64,000 nt of DNA from the NCBI RefSeq assembly GCF_006345805.1, contig NC_042999.1, positions 45,756,001 to 45,820,000 on the forward strand, read 5' to 3'. The position numbers and the translations under genes are program-made. This DNA comes from Octopus sinensis (lineage: Eukaryota). The notes beneath the pieces are model-generated. The model worked only from the letters and a program-made list of their open reading frames with translations, was not told where the DNA came from and ran no database searches. Of this stretch, positions 51,510 through 64,000 are shown one piece after another. Positions within the stretch are counted from its first letter, which is position 1; every line of letters begins with the position of its first letter.

Positions 51510-51535
51510 GCCCAAAAGGCAGCAATGTTCACAAT
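51510..51535 (+). CDS. Candidate 26-nt exon
   Basis: catttttattttcacttag| ... AAT|gtaaat. Joined to 51765-51803 it reads AQKAAMFTMLIQKLVTLAQQT or GPKGSNVHNVDPKACNPRTANK. Confidence 0.45.
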
Positions 51536-51764
51536 GTAAATTGTATATAAAAACTGGAATAGTAGACATTATAATAGCTATTAGATTAGAGCCAGTAGAT
51601 TTTTTTCCTGGCAAAGGCTGCAACAGACAAAAGCTTCTTTTGTTGTACTATGAGTTACTTTTGTGAACCAACAAAGAAAATTTTGCTTTTAAAAATCATT
51701 TTCGATTTTATAATTTTTTTTTTTCTTTTCTTATTGTCATTCTCTCCTTTTATTTTATTGACAG

Positions 51765-51803
51765 GTTGATCCAAAAGCTTGTAACCCTCGCACAGCAAAC
51801 AAG
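51765..51803 (+). CDS. Candidate 39-nt exon
   Basis: Long polypyrimidine tract ending ttattgacag|, donor AAG|gtaata; two frames are open. Confidence 0.5.
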
Positions 51804-52389
51804 GTAATATTATTTTATTGAATATTGAAAATAATGTAGGTTAAGAGAAAAAAAAAAAAAAAAAACACGATACAGTATTGACATTCAAATAAAGTCATAG
51901 CAGTAAAAGTGCTTTTGTAAGAGTTAAGAAGATATTGTGATTGAGTGATTACTGTGTTCAACTATTGATCAGAAGATCACAGCCTTGCCACTAGCATATT
52001 GTTGTGTCATTCCATTCCGAAGTCAAACGGTTGGTGTTAGAAATATTTGGACTTGTAGAATCATCTTAACCTATGCTTCTATTTAAATACGTTTTTCATG
52101 TTTTATTATAGATTCAGCAATTTACTGTTATTATTTTTGAAATCATCCTTGCATCAGATACATTAAGTATTGATTGAAATTGAAAATAACTTTCTTTTAG
52201 TTTTAAGATTTGCACCTTTTTATCATATTTATGACAGAATTCTTTATTGTTATAGGAAACTTTTTTTTTGTTCATATAAAAAAAAGCAAACAGCAAAACA
52301 TAACACAATGCTGTTTAACATCTATTTCGTTGACTCTCCATGAATCAAAGGCAGCCAACTAGCTACTTGGTTGCAATTTACCATTTTAA

Positions 52390-52610
52390 CCCCTTTAATA
52401 CCAACCTATCTGAAGGAGCCTCTGATTTTGTGATACAAACTTCATACTTTAAAGTAATCTAAATTAAAAACTATCAAAATTTCATGTTAATTTATGTTCC
52501 AAACATCAGCTTAACCATGACAAACTTATTATGCTAAATTTGTCATCGTTTTCAAAATTAATTGAAGAAAAATAGTAATGTATTTCAACAAAAATATGGT
52601 AACCATAGGG
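52390..52610. mobile_element. piggyBac-like MITE, same family as 50401-50865
   Basis: ttaa|ccc ... ggg|ttaa; the interior is similar (ccaacc..atttatgttcc.aac). Confidence 0.65.
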
Positions 52611-53837
52611 TTAACACTCATTTTATTTAAATATATTTTTGTTGTTTTCACTAGCCCTAGAGAGATAAAATACTAAATCAGTCTTGCCATTGAAACTGTT
52701 CATCAGTTATTCATTTATTTATTCCTGTCTAGCATTCTTTCACCAGACAATTTGCCTTCTAGTCAGCAAACATTTTTCAGGCTAAAGATTATGTTAAATT
52801 TTCGGCTTATTTCTGCATTTTGTTGGAACAAAATTACTAAAGTGAAAAGAAAAAAAAGCAATAAAAATTTCTTTTTATTCTGCTTTCTTTTATATTTAAA
52901 ATAATAATAATAAAAAAGAAGATACTCATATTATATTAAAAGAAGATTTACTCCTATCTGCAGCATATTTTCCAAATATATTTCAGTTAGCTGATTTTAT
53001 TGGAGTTATTCCTCTTGTATTTTTTATATTTTAGATTATTAAGCACTCCTTAGAAGATGTTTTCGACAACTAATTGTATAGATGATCTCAGAAATTTTAC
53101 AACTTGCTAGAGAAATGAAGTTTAACATAAAATTGCATTTACTATTCGAGTTGGAGAATATAATCTATCAAAATTTTGAGTCGGAAAGATTTTATCATGT
53201 TTGTATGTGTGTGTATATATATATAATATATATAATATTTTATAATTATGAGTATAAGTATAATTAGGGTTCATCAAAAATTTACTTCACCGCACACTGA
53301 ACTTTAGAAATAGCAGCCAAAGAACCTTAGCTATTTCTTCTACTATAAGAAGAAACTCCCGGACAACAAATACTCAAAGCAACCCACGTAGACAGAGAGG
53401 AAAAACAATGAAATTCACTTGGTATTTGATTACCTGTGGATGCGTTTTGGAATTAGATTGGTATGAAGAATGTAAAAATCACACTTCATCCAATCATTTT
53501 CTCTTCAGCACAAGATTCTAAGATTTTAAATTTGATAGCACTGAAAAAATTGAACATACCTATCCAATTCAAGTAGAATCAGAAAAACTATATCCAACGA
53601 TCAATACTAACGAATTCGAAACATACGAATCAGGTCTCGCATCTTCCCTCACCTATCCACGTGTGTTGTTGAGTAAAAGATACTACAAAAAAAACTACAG
53701 TTTATTATCAGGGAGAGAATTATATTATCAATAATAATAAAGAGTAAAAATGGTCCTTTTAACATGCTGAATACTACTTGGTGGAATTATTAATTACTAG
53801 TTAATTAATTCATTTTACCCTTTATTATTATTGATTT

Positions 53838-53873
<36 letters not shown>

Positions 53874-53878
53874 ATATA

Positions 53879-54020
53879 CACTGTAAATCCTCAAGTATAG
53901 TCTGCCCTTGATTATAATACACAGGGGATTTTTAGGGGGCTGTACCTCTGAAAAACCTAAACCTTGTGACTTTTAAATTTTGGGGGAAAAAATGCGGATT
54001 ATACTTGAGGATTTACAGTG
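53879..54020. mobile_element. 142-bp MITE inserted in (TA)n
   Basis: Perfect 21-bp TIRs cactgtaaatcctcaagtata / tatacttgaggatttacagtg, with TA flanks. Confidence 0.85.
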
Positions 54021-54267
54021 TATATATATTATATTATAATATATATATATATGTATTGACAGTAAAAGTATTTAGAAACTAGATAAAACAAATCTAGTGA
54101 ATCTCAAAGCATATAAAGTTATAAATCAGTGGTTCCCAACCTTTTCCCTATCAAGGACCCATTTTATTCAAATGAGTTTTCCCACACCTTTTAATATGCC
54201 TATCCTGATATCATCATCATCATCATCATATATATATGTATATATTAACAAATTATGCATACACACC

Positions 54268-55033
54268 ACACACATGCACATACACACACATATTGATAAT
54301 GAACTAGACAAAAAGTGCTCAATACAAGCTGTAGAGTATAATGACATTTATTCAGTTGATGCCATTTTCTGTTGCTTCATGAATGTTCAACTAACCAACG
54401 GCTAAGTTAGTCATTATAGATGAACATGGCTCTCTGATTAACCAAGCAAGCAAGCATGAAACTGAAAGTAACAGCAGACAGTACTAGCTGAATATATATG
54501 GTGTATGTGTGTGTGTGTGTGTGGTGTGCATGCGTGTGTTTGTGAGTATGTGTGTGTGTATGTAACATAATCAGAAGTCTTCTGTTATTCAGAATACTTA
54601 ATCATATTTTGTTGTTTGTTCTTTCAATATTTTAATATTGAAATTAGTGGATATTTTGTTGTTTTTTTTTTGTTTTTGAGTTTTATTTATATGATGATTT
54701 CGAAGAATGAATAAAGGTCAAAGATTGAACTTCTTGTAATTGTTATTTCGCTCCATTTTCCACTGAATTTTTCTTTAAAACTTTCAACAGTAGTATTTAA
54801 AATTGTTTATTACAATATTCTTCACAGGTGTGATTGAAATATTGGATATGTGTATATGTGTATATATTAGTAATAGGACATATATATATATATATATCCG
54901 TGCAGATAGATTAATAGAGAAATTTTTCTGTGCGTATATGTGTGTGAGTGTATGAGAGAGAAAGAGGGGGTGGGTGGAGAGAGAGAAAGATTTAAACTGG
55001 TAGAAAATGAGAGCATTTGTTTATGTGTGTGTG

Positions 55034-55087
<54 letters not shown>

Positions 55088-55362
55088 ATATAGATATATA
55101 AACACATATACACACACACATATACACACACACACATGCACATACACACACATATTGATAATGAACTAGACAAAAAGTGCTCAATACAAGCTGTAGAGTA
55201 TAATGACATTTATTCAGTTGATGCCATTTTCTGTTGCTTCATGAATGTTCAACTAACCAACGGCTAAGTTAGTCATTATAGATGAACATGGCTCTCTGAT
55301 TAACCAAGCAAGCAAGCATGAAACTGAAAGTAACAGCAGACAGTACTAGCTGAATATATATG

Positions 55363-55393
<31 letters not shown>

Positions 55394-55898
55394 CATGCGT
55401 GTGTTTGTGAGTATGTGTGTGTGTATGTAACATAATCAGAAGTCTTCTGTTATTCAGAATACTTAATCATATTTTGTTGTTTGTTCTTTCAATATTTTAA
55501 TATTGAAATTAGTGGATATTTTGTTGTTTTTTTTTTGTTTTTGAGTTTTATTTATATGATGATTTCGAAGAATGAATAAAGGTCAAAGATTGAACTTCTT
55601 GTAATTGTTATTTCGCTCCATTTTCCACTGAATTTTTCTTTAAAACTTTCAACAGTAGTATTTAAAATTGTTTATTACAATATTCTTCACAGGTGTGATT
55701 GAAATATTGGATATGTGTATATGTGTATATATTAGTAATAGGACATATATATATATATATATCCGTGCAGATAGATTAATAGAGAAATTTTTCTGTGCGT
55801 ATATGTGTGTGAGTGTATGAGAGAGAAAGAGGGGGTGGGTGGAGAGAGAGAAAGATTTAAACTGGTAGAAAATGAGAGCATTTGTTTATGTGTGTGTG

Positions 55899-55946
<48 letters not shown>

Positions 55947-55985
55947 TATATAAACACATATACACACACACATATACACACACAC
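54268..55985. repeat. Tandem duplication, unit about 862-865 bp
   Basis: tattgataatgaactagac occurs at 54291 and 55153; the copies appear to differ only in microsatellite tracts. Confidence 0.95.
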
Positions 55986-56604
55986 ATATATATAGACCCA
56001 TATACACACATATATTACATACACGCACTAATGTCGGTGTACATATACACACACACACACTATTGAGCATTCTCATTTGTGTGTATGTGTGTTTGTATAT
56101 AACCATGGAAACTGTCAAAAATTAGTAAAGTTTTATTTTTGGCTATCCACTGTCTGATTGTTACAAAATATCGAAATACATTCTACTTGTCATTTCAATG
56201 CAATTTAGTAATGCACAAATGTATAAACATAACGAAACATTTCAATAATGGAACGGTCTTGCTTTGAGTGACATACCTTTAAGTGAAACCATTATACTAA
56301 TGTTGTTGTTGTGGTTGTCGTTGTTGGTTAATCTTCTCCCCATCCACCACCTTTGAAATATAAAAAAAAAAAAAAATGAGAAATACCAAACTCACTGGAG
56401 ATTTAATTGAAGACAAACTCTGATTAGAGAAGGGAAAGATATACAATTGCTTTTATGATTGGTTTGTAATTTCAATTACATCATATTTAAATAATGCATA
56501 TTTATTCTTTAAATAGCTGCAGTCATTCTCATCTGTGACCATGCCGGAGCATCCCTTTTAGTGGTGTTTAGCTGATGGTATTGACCAGTATGATGTTTTG
56601 TGAT

Positions 56605-56823
56605 ATTCATTTTATTCCTTTATTGCCCACAGGGGGCTAAACATAGGGGGGATAAGCAAGGATAGACAAAGGGATTAAGTCGATTATAGCGACCCCAGTC
56701 CGTAACTGGTACTTATTTAATCGACCCCCGAAAGGATGAAATGCAAAGTCGACCGTGGCGGAATTTGAACTCAGAACGCTAAGCATTTCGCCCGGCGTGC
56801 TACCGATTCTGCCAGCTCACTGC
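56605..56823 (-). mobile_element. SINE family B
   Basis: Reverse complement of the 17169-17385 type. Confidence 0.85.
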
Positions 56824-57455
56824 TCATTGTTATCACTCTAATAAGGGGCTTGGTCGAAATAACCACAACAGTGCATTTTGTTTCATGTACTGGTTTTTTG
56901 TGTCACACTAAACATCATCATCATCATCATCATCATCACCTCTTAACATCTGCTTTCCATGCTGGCATGGGTTTGGTGGTCTCACATGGAGCTGGTCAGC
57001 AAAGTTGTCCAAACTCCAGTTGTCTGTTGTGGCATGGTTTCTATGGCTGGATGCCCTTCCTAATGCCAACTACTTAACAGAGGGTACTGGGTGGCTTTCA
57101 TATGCCACCAGCATGGGTGCATTTATGCAGCACTGGCACAGGTGCGTTAACACAGCTCTGGCATAGGTGATTTTTAAGTGGCACCGACATCTGTAAGGAC
57201 AAGCTTGGATGTGTGGAAGAGAGTGATTACTTAGCTTGATGCATCTTATCAAGTACAGTAAATCACCACGTCTCCTGGTCTTTTGTCATTTCCTCGGTAA
57301 GGCCCAGCATCTGAACATTCTTTCTCACCACTTTGTCCCACATCTTCCTGGATCTACCCCTTCCACTGGTACCCTCCACAATTAGAACTTAACACTTCTT
57401 TACGCAGCTGTCCTTATCCATATGCAACTAATTTGTATGTATGTATGCATGTTTT

Positions 57456-57496
<41 letters not shown>

Positions 57497-57547
57497 TGTG
57501 TGTGTGTGAGAAATTTAGAAATAATATATATATATATATATATATAT

Positions 57548-57840
57548 ATGCCCAGTGGTTAAGGCAGCAGACTCGTGGTCGGAGGATCGTGGTTTCGATT
57601 CACAGACAGGGTGTTGTGACTGTTTATTGAGCGAAAACACCTAAAAGCTCCACGACACTCCAGCAGGGGGTGGTGATCCCTGCTGTACTCTTTCACCACT
57701 CTTTCTCCCATTCTTTCTTCTGTTGGCCTGCTCGTTTAGCCAGCGGGGTGGCGTCATTCGAAGGCTAAAACAATGCGAACACATTGTGACCAGCGATGTG
57801 TAACAACATCTGATGGTCTGGTCGGTCTCGTGATCACGTG
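57548..57840 (+). mobile_element. tRNA-derived SINE (head as at 13965, different tail) in (TA)n
   Basis: gcccagtggttaaggcagcagactcg...gtttcgattc head; tail ...ggtcggtctcgtgatcacgtga. Confidence 0.8.
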
Positions 57841-58249
57841 ATATATATATATATATATGCATTTAAGTTGAAGGCATGGCTGTGTGGTAAGAAGTTTCCT
57901 TCCCAACAACATGGTTCTGGGTCCAATCAGTTTTTGTGGCACTTTGGGTAGCCCTGGGATGACCAAAGCCTTGTGGATGAATTTGGTTTTATGGGATCTG
58001 AGAAAAGCCTCTCATATGTGTATGTGTGTGTCTCTGCTTTGATATCGTGTGATAGTTGTAAACAAGTGTCACTGTCATACATGTGGTGTTGGTGTCCTTC
58101 ATTACACAAACGACTGTAAAAACATGTCCAGTCATGGGGGAAATATTATCTTACATGTAAACAGGTGACAGTGACATGATTGTAGAAAATCTGTCCCAGC
58201 AAATTCCATGGAAAACATGCAAAGGTGGATATCAAAATAATGATAATGC

Positions 58250-58283
<34 letters not shown>

Positions 58284-59140
58284 AAGGGGTTTGTATGATC
58301 GTGTATAGAGGGATATATATTATTCAAAGAAATTCCAACTCTGTTTTTTTATGTTTTATTTATATTCTTTATAATATCATTGTAGAGTATAGAATATATA
58401 GTATAAATAATATATATAGTAAAATGAAATGAAGTATTGATTATCTTATTGACTAGATGAAATATTGAATATGAAATATTAAGGGACTAGTATACTTTCT
58501 TGCATTAAAGCAATCTTCAAGGTCCCAGGTTGTGACAGGTGTGTATAACTGGTACTTATTTAATCGACCCTGAAATGATTAAAGGCAAAGGCAACCTCAG
58601 CGGTATTTGAACTCAGAACGTAGCGGCAGACGAAATACTGCTAAGCACTTCGCCCAGCATGCTAACGATTCTACCAGCTCGCCGCCTTAAATTATGCCAT
58701 GTTCTGCCTTTAAATTATGCTATGATCAGCTTCGCCTTTCATCCTTCTGGAGTTGACATATGGTCTCTTGAGACATAGAACTGTGAAAGAAAAATCTGTG
58801 TGTGTGTATGTTGATTGGCTGGTCAATTGATTGATTGATCAATCCAACCAACAGGCTTCCGCACAGTTTTTATCTAGTAAGTTTAACTCAGAAGGCTTCC
58901 GTTGACATGAGGCTGTTGTAGAAGACCATGTCCTTGCCCAAGGTGCTGTCCATGTCTTGTCCAAGGAGACCCAGGTGTATGATACTGTATAATACCAGAC
59001 ACACATGCCTACATGAAATAACTTCACATAAATTTCTAGGTATAATAAAGTTCCAGTTTTTATTGAATCTCCAGTCTTTTACTCCCAGATGAGCTGATAT
59101 TACTACCATGAATGAATTGCTCATGTTTCTAATGTAGAGT

Positions 59141-59460
59141 AATCATCATCATCATTTAATATCTGTTTTCCATGCTGGCATGGGTTGGATGATTTTTAAG
59201 GAGCTGGCCTGCCAGAAAGCTGCACCAGGCTTCAATTGTATGTCTTGGCGTGGTTTCCTAATGTTGACTACTTTACAGAGTGTACTGGGTGCTTTTTGCA
59301 TGGCACCAGCACCAGCTGTATTATGTGGCACCAGCATTTGTGCTTCATATATGACACTGGCACGAGTGCTTCTTTCATGGCACCAGAATGGGTGTTTTCT
59401 ACATGGCACTGGAATGAGTACTTTTTTATGTAACACCTGCACAGGTACTTTTGGTGTGAC
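59141..59460 (-). mobile_element. SINE family C copy running into the satellite
   Basis: catcatcatcatttaatatctgttttccatgctggcatggg... followed by progressively more regular tandem units. Confidence 0.8.
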
Positions 59461-61540
59461 ACTGGCATGGGTGTTTTATCTGTAACACTGGCATGAGTGC
59501 TTTTCTATGTGACACCAGCACAGGTGTTTTCTATGTAACACTGGGATGAGTGCTTTTCTATGTGACACAAGCATAGGTGTTTTCTATGTAACACTGGGAT
59601 GAATGCTTTTCTATGTGACACCAGCACAGGTGTTTTCTATGTAACACTGGGATGAGTGCTTTTTATGTGACACCAGCACAGGTGTTTTCTAAGTAACACT
59701 GGGATGAGTGCTTTTTATGTGACACCAGCACAGGTGTTTTCTATGTAACACTGGGATGAGTGCTTTTCTATGTGACACCAGCACAGGTGTTTTCTATGTA
59801 ACACTGGGATGAATGCTTTTCTATGTGACACCAGCACAGGTGTTTTCTATGTAACACTGGGATGAGTGCTTTTCTATGTGACACCAGCACAGGTGTTTTC
59901 TATGTAACACTGGGATGAATGCTTTTCTATGTGACACCAGCACAGGTGTTTTCTATGTAACACTGGGATGAGTGCTTTTTATGTGACACCAGCACAGGTG
60001 TTTTCTATGTAACACTGGGATGAGTGCTTTTTATGTGACACCATAACAGGTGTTTTCTATGTAACACTGGGATGAGTGCTTTTCTATGTGACACCAGCAC
60101 AGGTGTTTTCTATGTAACACTGGGATGAGTGCTTTTCTATGTGACACAAGCATAGGTGTTTTCTATGTAACACTGGGATGAATGCTTTTCTATGTGACAC
60201 CAGCACAGGTGTTTTCTATGTAACACTGGGATGAGTGCTTTTTATGTGACACCAGCACAGGTGTTTTCTATGTAACACTGGGATGAGTGCTTTTCTATGT
60301 GACACAAGCATAGGATTTTTCTATGTAACACTGGGATGAGTGCTTTTTATGTGACACCAGCACAGGTGTTTTCTATGTAACACTGGGATGAATGCTTTTC
60401 TATGTGACACCAGCACAGGTGTTTTCTATGTAACACTGGGATGAGTGCTTTTTATGTGACACCAGCACAGGTGTTTTCTATGTAACACTGGGATGAGTGC
60501 TTTTCTATGTGACACAAGCATAGGTGTTTTCTATGTAACACTGGGATGAATGCTTTTCTATGTGACACCAGCACAGGTGTTTTCTATGTAACACTGGGAT
60601 GAGTGCTTTTTATGTAACACTGGGATGAGTGCTTTTCTATGTGACACCAGCACAGGTGTTTTCTATGTAACACTGGGATGAGTGCTTTTCTATGTGACAC
60701 CAGCACAGGTGTTTTCTATGTAACACTGGGATGAATGCTTTTCTATGTGACACCAGCACAGGTGTTTTCTATGTAACACTGGGATGAGTGCTTTTTATGT
60801 GACACCAGCACAGGTGTTTTCTATGTAACACTGGGATGAGTGCTTTTTATGTGACACCATAACAGGTGTTTTCTATGTAACACTGGGATGAGTGCTTTTC
60901 TATGTGACACCAGCACAGGTGTTTTCTATGTAACACTGGGATGAGTGCTTTTCTATGTGACACAAGCATAGGTGTTTTCTATGTAACACTGGGATGAATG
61001 CTTTTCTATGTGACACCAGCACAGGTGTTTTCTATGTAACACTGGGATGAGTGCTTTTTATGTGACACCAGCACAGGTGTTTTCTATGTAACACTGGGAT
61101 GAGTGCTTTTCTATGTGACACAAGCATAGGATTTTTCTATGTAACACTGGGATGAGTGCTTTTTATGTGACACCAGCACAGGTGTTTTCTATGTAACACT
61201 GGGATGAATGCTTTTCTATGTGACACCAGCACAGGTGTTTTCTATGTAACACTGGGATGAGTGCTTTTTATGTGACACCAGCACAGGTGTTTTCTATGTA
61301 ACACTGGGATGAGTGCTTTTCTATGTGACACAAGCATAGGTGTTTTCTATGTAACACTGGGATGAATGCTTTTCTATGTGACACCAGCACAGGTGTTTTC
61401 TATGTAACACTGGGATGAGTGCTTTTTATGTAACACTGGGATGAGTGCTTTTCTATGTGACACCAGCACAGGTGTTTTCTATGTAACACTGGGATGAGTG
61501 CTTTTCTATGTGACACCAGCACAGGTACTCTTGATGTGAC
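59460..61540. repeat. Minisatellite/satellite of ~50-bp dimeric units with an 816-bp higher-order repeat
   Basis: Alternating atgtaacactgggatgagtgctttt(c)t and atgtgacaccagcacaggtgttttct. Rare variants recur 816 bp apart: 60041/60857, 60301/61117, 60611/61427. Confidence 0.95.
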
Positions 61541-62959
61541 ACCAGCATTGGTGCTTTCTACACAACACTGGCACGAGTGCTTTTTACATGACCCCAAAAC
61601 AGCTACTTTGAGGCAAAAAAAAAAAAACAGCAACAGGCCCATTAATGATAAAGGCATAGTGTATTCAGAACTACATTATCCAATATCTCTTTCATTTAGG
61701 TGCGCCTTGAGGTAGATATCATTCTTTTTTCTAGTAGATTGAGTGACCGTTGAAGCTTGTATGCATCTGCAATAAAGACATTTATTTCTTGGCATCCAAG
61801 TTTATTTAATTCTAAGTAGATACCACAGATAGTAACAATATTATTTTTTCCCTGTGAAGATCGCTTGCAGCGTAAAATTAATGTATATTTCATTATTTAG
61901 CTGTCCTGAATTCAATTCATCTTGTAGCAAATGTTAGTGGCTGTAAACAAGTATTATTTTATCCAAATAAACATCTATAATGGAAACTAGAGATAAACAC
62001 CATCCCTATGGATCTCTGTGATTTAGACGAGAATTAGATATTTTAAATGCATTTTGAGTTTTGTTAATGACATAAGGGACCAAACTATTTTATAAATCGT
62101 TCAGCTGAATCAGTCAGTAACTGATTATAGTTTTGATTTCCCTAATTTTTTTTTTATTTTATATATTCCTCTTTCATTCTTTTCTTGAATGAAAATTGAA
62201 ATTGACAAATGCAAGAATTGCAAGAGGTTTCTTTTTAGCAAAAATAAATGAATTATTCAGAAGAAGATAAGGAGCAAACTCCCTGGCCTTTGTAGGCTCT
62301 GTCAGATTAATGAGACTGACATGATTAATGTTTAGTTTGAACTTTTGTGAGTTGACACCTGTAGAAAACATGAGAAGATTTGTTATTTTTATCATTTTTT
62401 TTAGCTTTTAAAGCCAAAGAAAGAGCATTTATAGAGTCAATTGACTAGCTATAATTAGCAGCCAAATGGTCCTCAGATCACACTGTACCATCTTAAAAAG
62501 AAGGAACATGTTGGGGTATGTTGTTTAAGATACCAAGCATAGCCATCACTCACAAGCAAGTATGACTTGGTATGCATTTACCATGGGTTTTACTAATTGT
62601 TTTAGGTGCTTATATAGTGGTGAGCAGTCATAGGTACCTACTTGGCTCTTCTACTCATCACTTAGCATAACATGAGGATTGTGACAGTTCAAGTGAGCAA
62701 GGACTACACCAACTCTAGGCTGGTACTCAATTCCTGTTGAGTATACATGTGTAATGTGAAATGAAACACCTTGCTCAAGGACACACTATGCCACCCATCT
62801 AAGAATTGAACCCACATCCTTATGATTATAATTCCAATACCTTAACCACTAGGTCACTTCACTAGGTAGTAAGTAAAATAAAGTTACCTTCTCGAGTCAT
62901 ACCGACTCATAAGGACTGGTTTCCTGGTTTCCATGGCTTATGTATTCCCCACCTGGACG

Positions 62960-63378
62960 GCACACTGGGCCATTGCAGGATTACTCATTTTTTCCACTTG
63001 AGGGAACTGGAGCAACACGAAATGAAGTGTTTTGCTCAAGAGCACAATACGTTGCCCAGTCCAAGTACTGAAACCACAATCTTATGATCATGAGTCCAAC
63101 ATTCTAACCACTAAGCCATGCACCTCCACACAGAAGTTACATTCTTGATTCATACGGACTCATAAGGGCCAGTTTCCTGGTTTCATTGCATATATATTCC
63201 CCACCTGGACAGGACGGGGGTCTGTTGCGGGATTACTCATTTTTGTCAGCTGAGTGGACTGGAGCAATATGGAATGAAGTGTTTTGCTCAAGAACACAAT
63301 GCACCACCAGGCCCAGGAATCAAAACCATAATCTTAAGATCATTAGGCCAACACCCTAACCACTAAGCTACATGTCTC
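62960..63378 (-). mobile_element. Two tandem family D SINE copies
   Basis: ...gtgttttgctcaaga...cctaaccactaagccatg occurs twice. Confidence 0.8.
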
Positions 63379-63477
63379 CACACTTCAGTAGATACACTGC
63401 ATCAAAAAAGGGAAAATATAAGAGGAGATAAAGGTAGGATGGTCACAGCTGGAACTGCTTTTATCAGGTAATCTATT

Positions 63478-63705
63478 TCTTTACTACCCACAAGGGGCTA
63501 AACACAGAGGGGACAAACAAGGACAGACAAACGGATTAAGTCGATTATATAGACCCCAGTGCATAACTGATACTTATTTAATCGACCCCGATAGGATGAA
63601 AGGCAAAGTCGACCTCGGCGGAATTTGAACTCAGAACATAGTGGCAGACGAAATACTGCTAAGCATTTCGCCCGGCATGCTACCATTTCTGCCAGCTCGC
63701 TGCCT
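63478..63705 (-). mobile_element. SINE family B, young copy
   Basis: Near-identical reverse complement of the 17169-17385 type. Confidence 0.9.
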
Positions 63706-64000
63706 ATCTGAATTAGTGCTAAGTTAGGGTTAAGGAACATCTTGGATAAATAGGGAATTTCTGAGAGGCTTGCAGTTCTGAGAAAGAATTATCGGGTAAG
63801 TACATCAAATAGGATGGACTGGGATAGAGGAAGCTTACTAGCTGAGACTATTGTACCCACCTTTGAGTTGTTGAAACAGAACGCGGAGGGACTGTAGTTG
63901 GTAAACATCAGAGAGGTTACCTTTCAAGGGAATGGACCACACCACTGTGTTTTTATAGTTTGGGTTTGATCTCTTTAAAGAAAGATAGATTGAAAAGTGC

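Noticed and set aside
51510-51535. KH-domain GxxG (GPKG) or a CxxC zinc knuckle in alternative frames
   Set aside because: The following residues do not fit a KH fold, and the CSQC frame hits a stop on splicing. Too little sequence to name a gene.
58445-58485. Possible hammerhead relic (ctagatga..gaaatat)
   Set aside because: The core has an insertion and there is no stem I.
59460-61540. CRISPR-like array
   Set aside because: The repeats are directly adjacent with no unique spacers, derive from a SINE, sit in eukaryotic context and have no cas genes nearby.

Overview
AT-rich, repeat-dense eukaryotic genomic DNA. The SINE families, microsatellites and LINE types look like a coleoid cephalopod, most likely Octopus (recalled similarity, not a database search). 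There is no long intact ORF. The protein-like ORFs in the track are truncated transposon fragments: CR1/L2-like, RTE-BovB, R4/Dong-type REL LINEs, a HERO-like LINE, a Tx1/L1-like 3' end, mariner and Tc1. Most other ORFs are microsatellite or SINE read-through. Dozens of SINE copies and several MITEs fill the window. Four patterns stand out beyond ordinary repeats. (1) At least four recognisable minimal type I hammerhead ribozyme motifs with palindromic stem III, of the kind known from Penelope-like elements; two lie with a degenerate fifth motif in a 730-bp cluster. (2) A chain of small (26-81 nt) splice-site-flanked candidate exons on the + strand may belong to an unidentified host gene, and one of them is duplicated. 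(3) Three near-identical tandem duplications of about 0.82-0.87 kb could be assembly artefacts. (4) A 2-kb satellite has grown out of a SINE's internal repeat, and there are several long inverted repeats and templated insertions. No host gene could be named with confidence.
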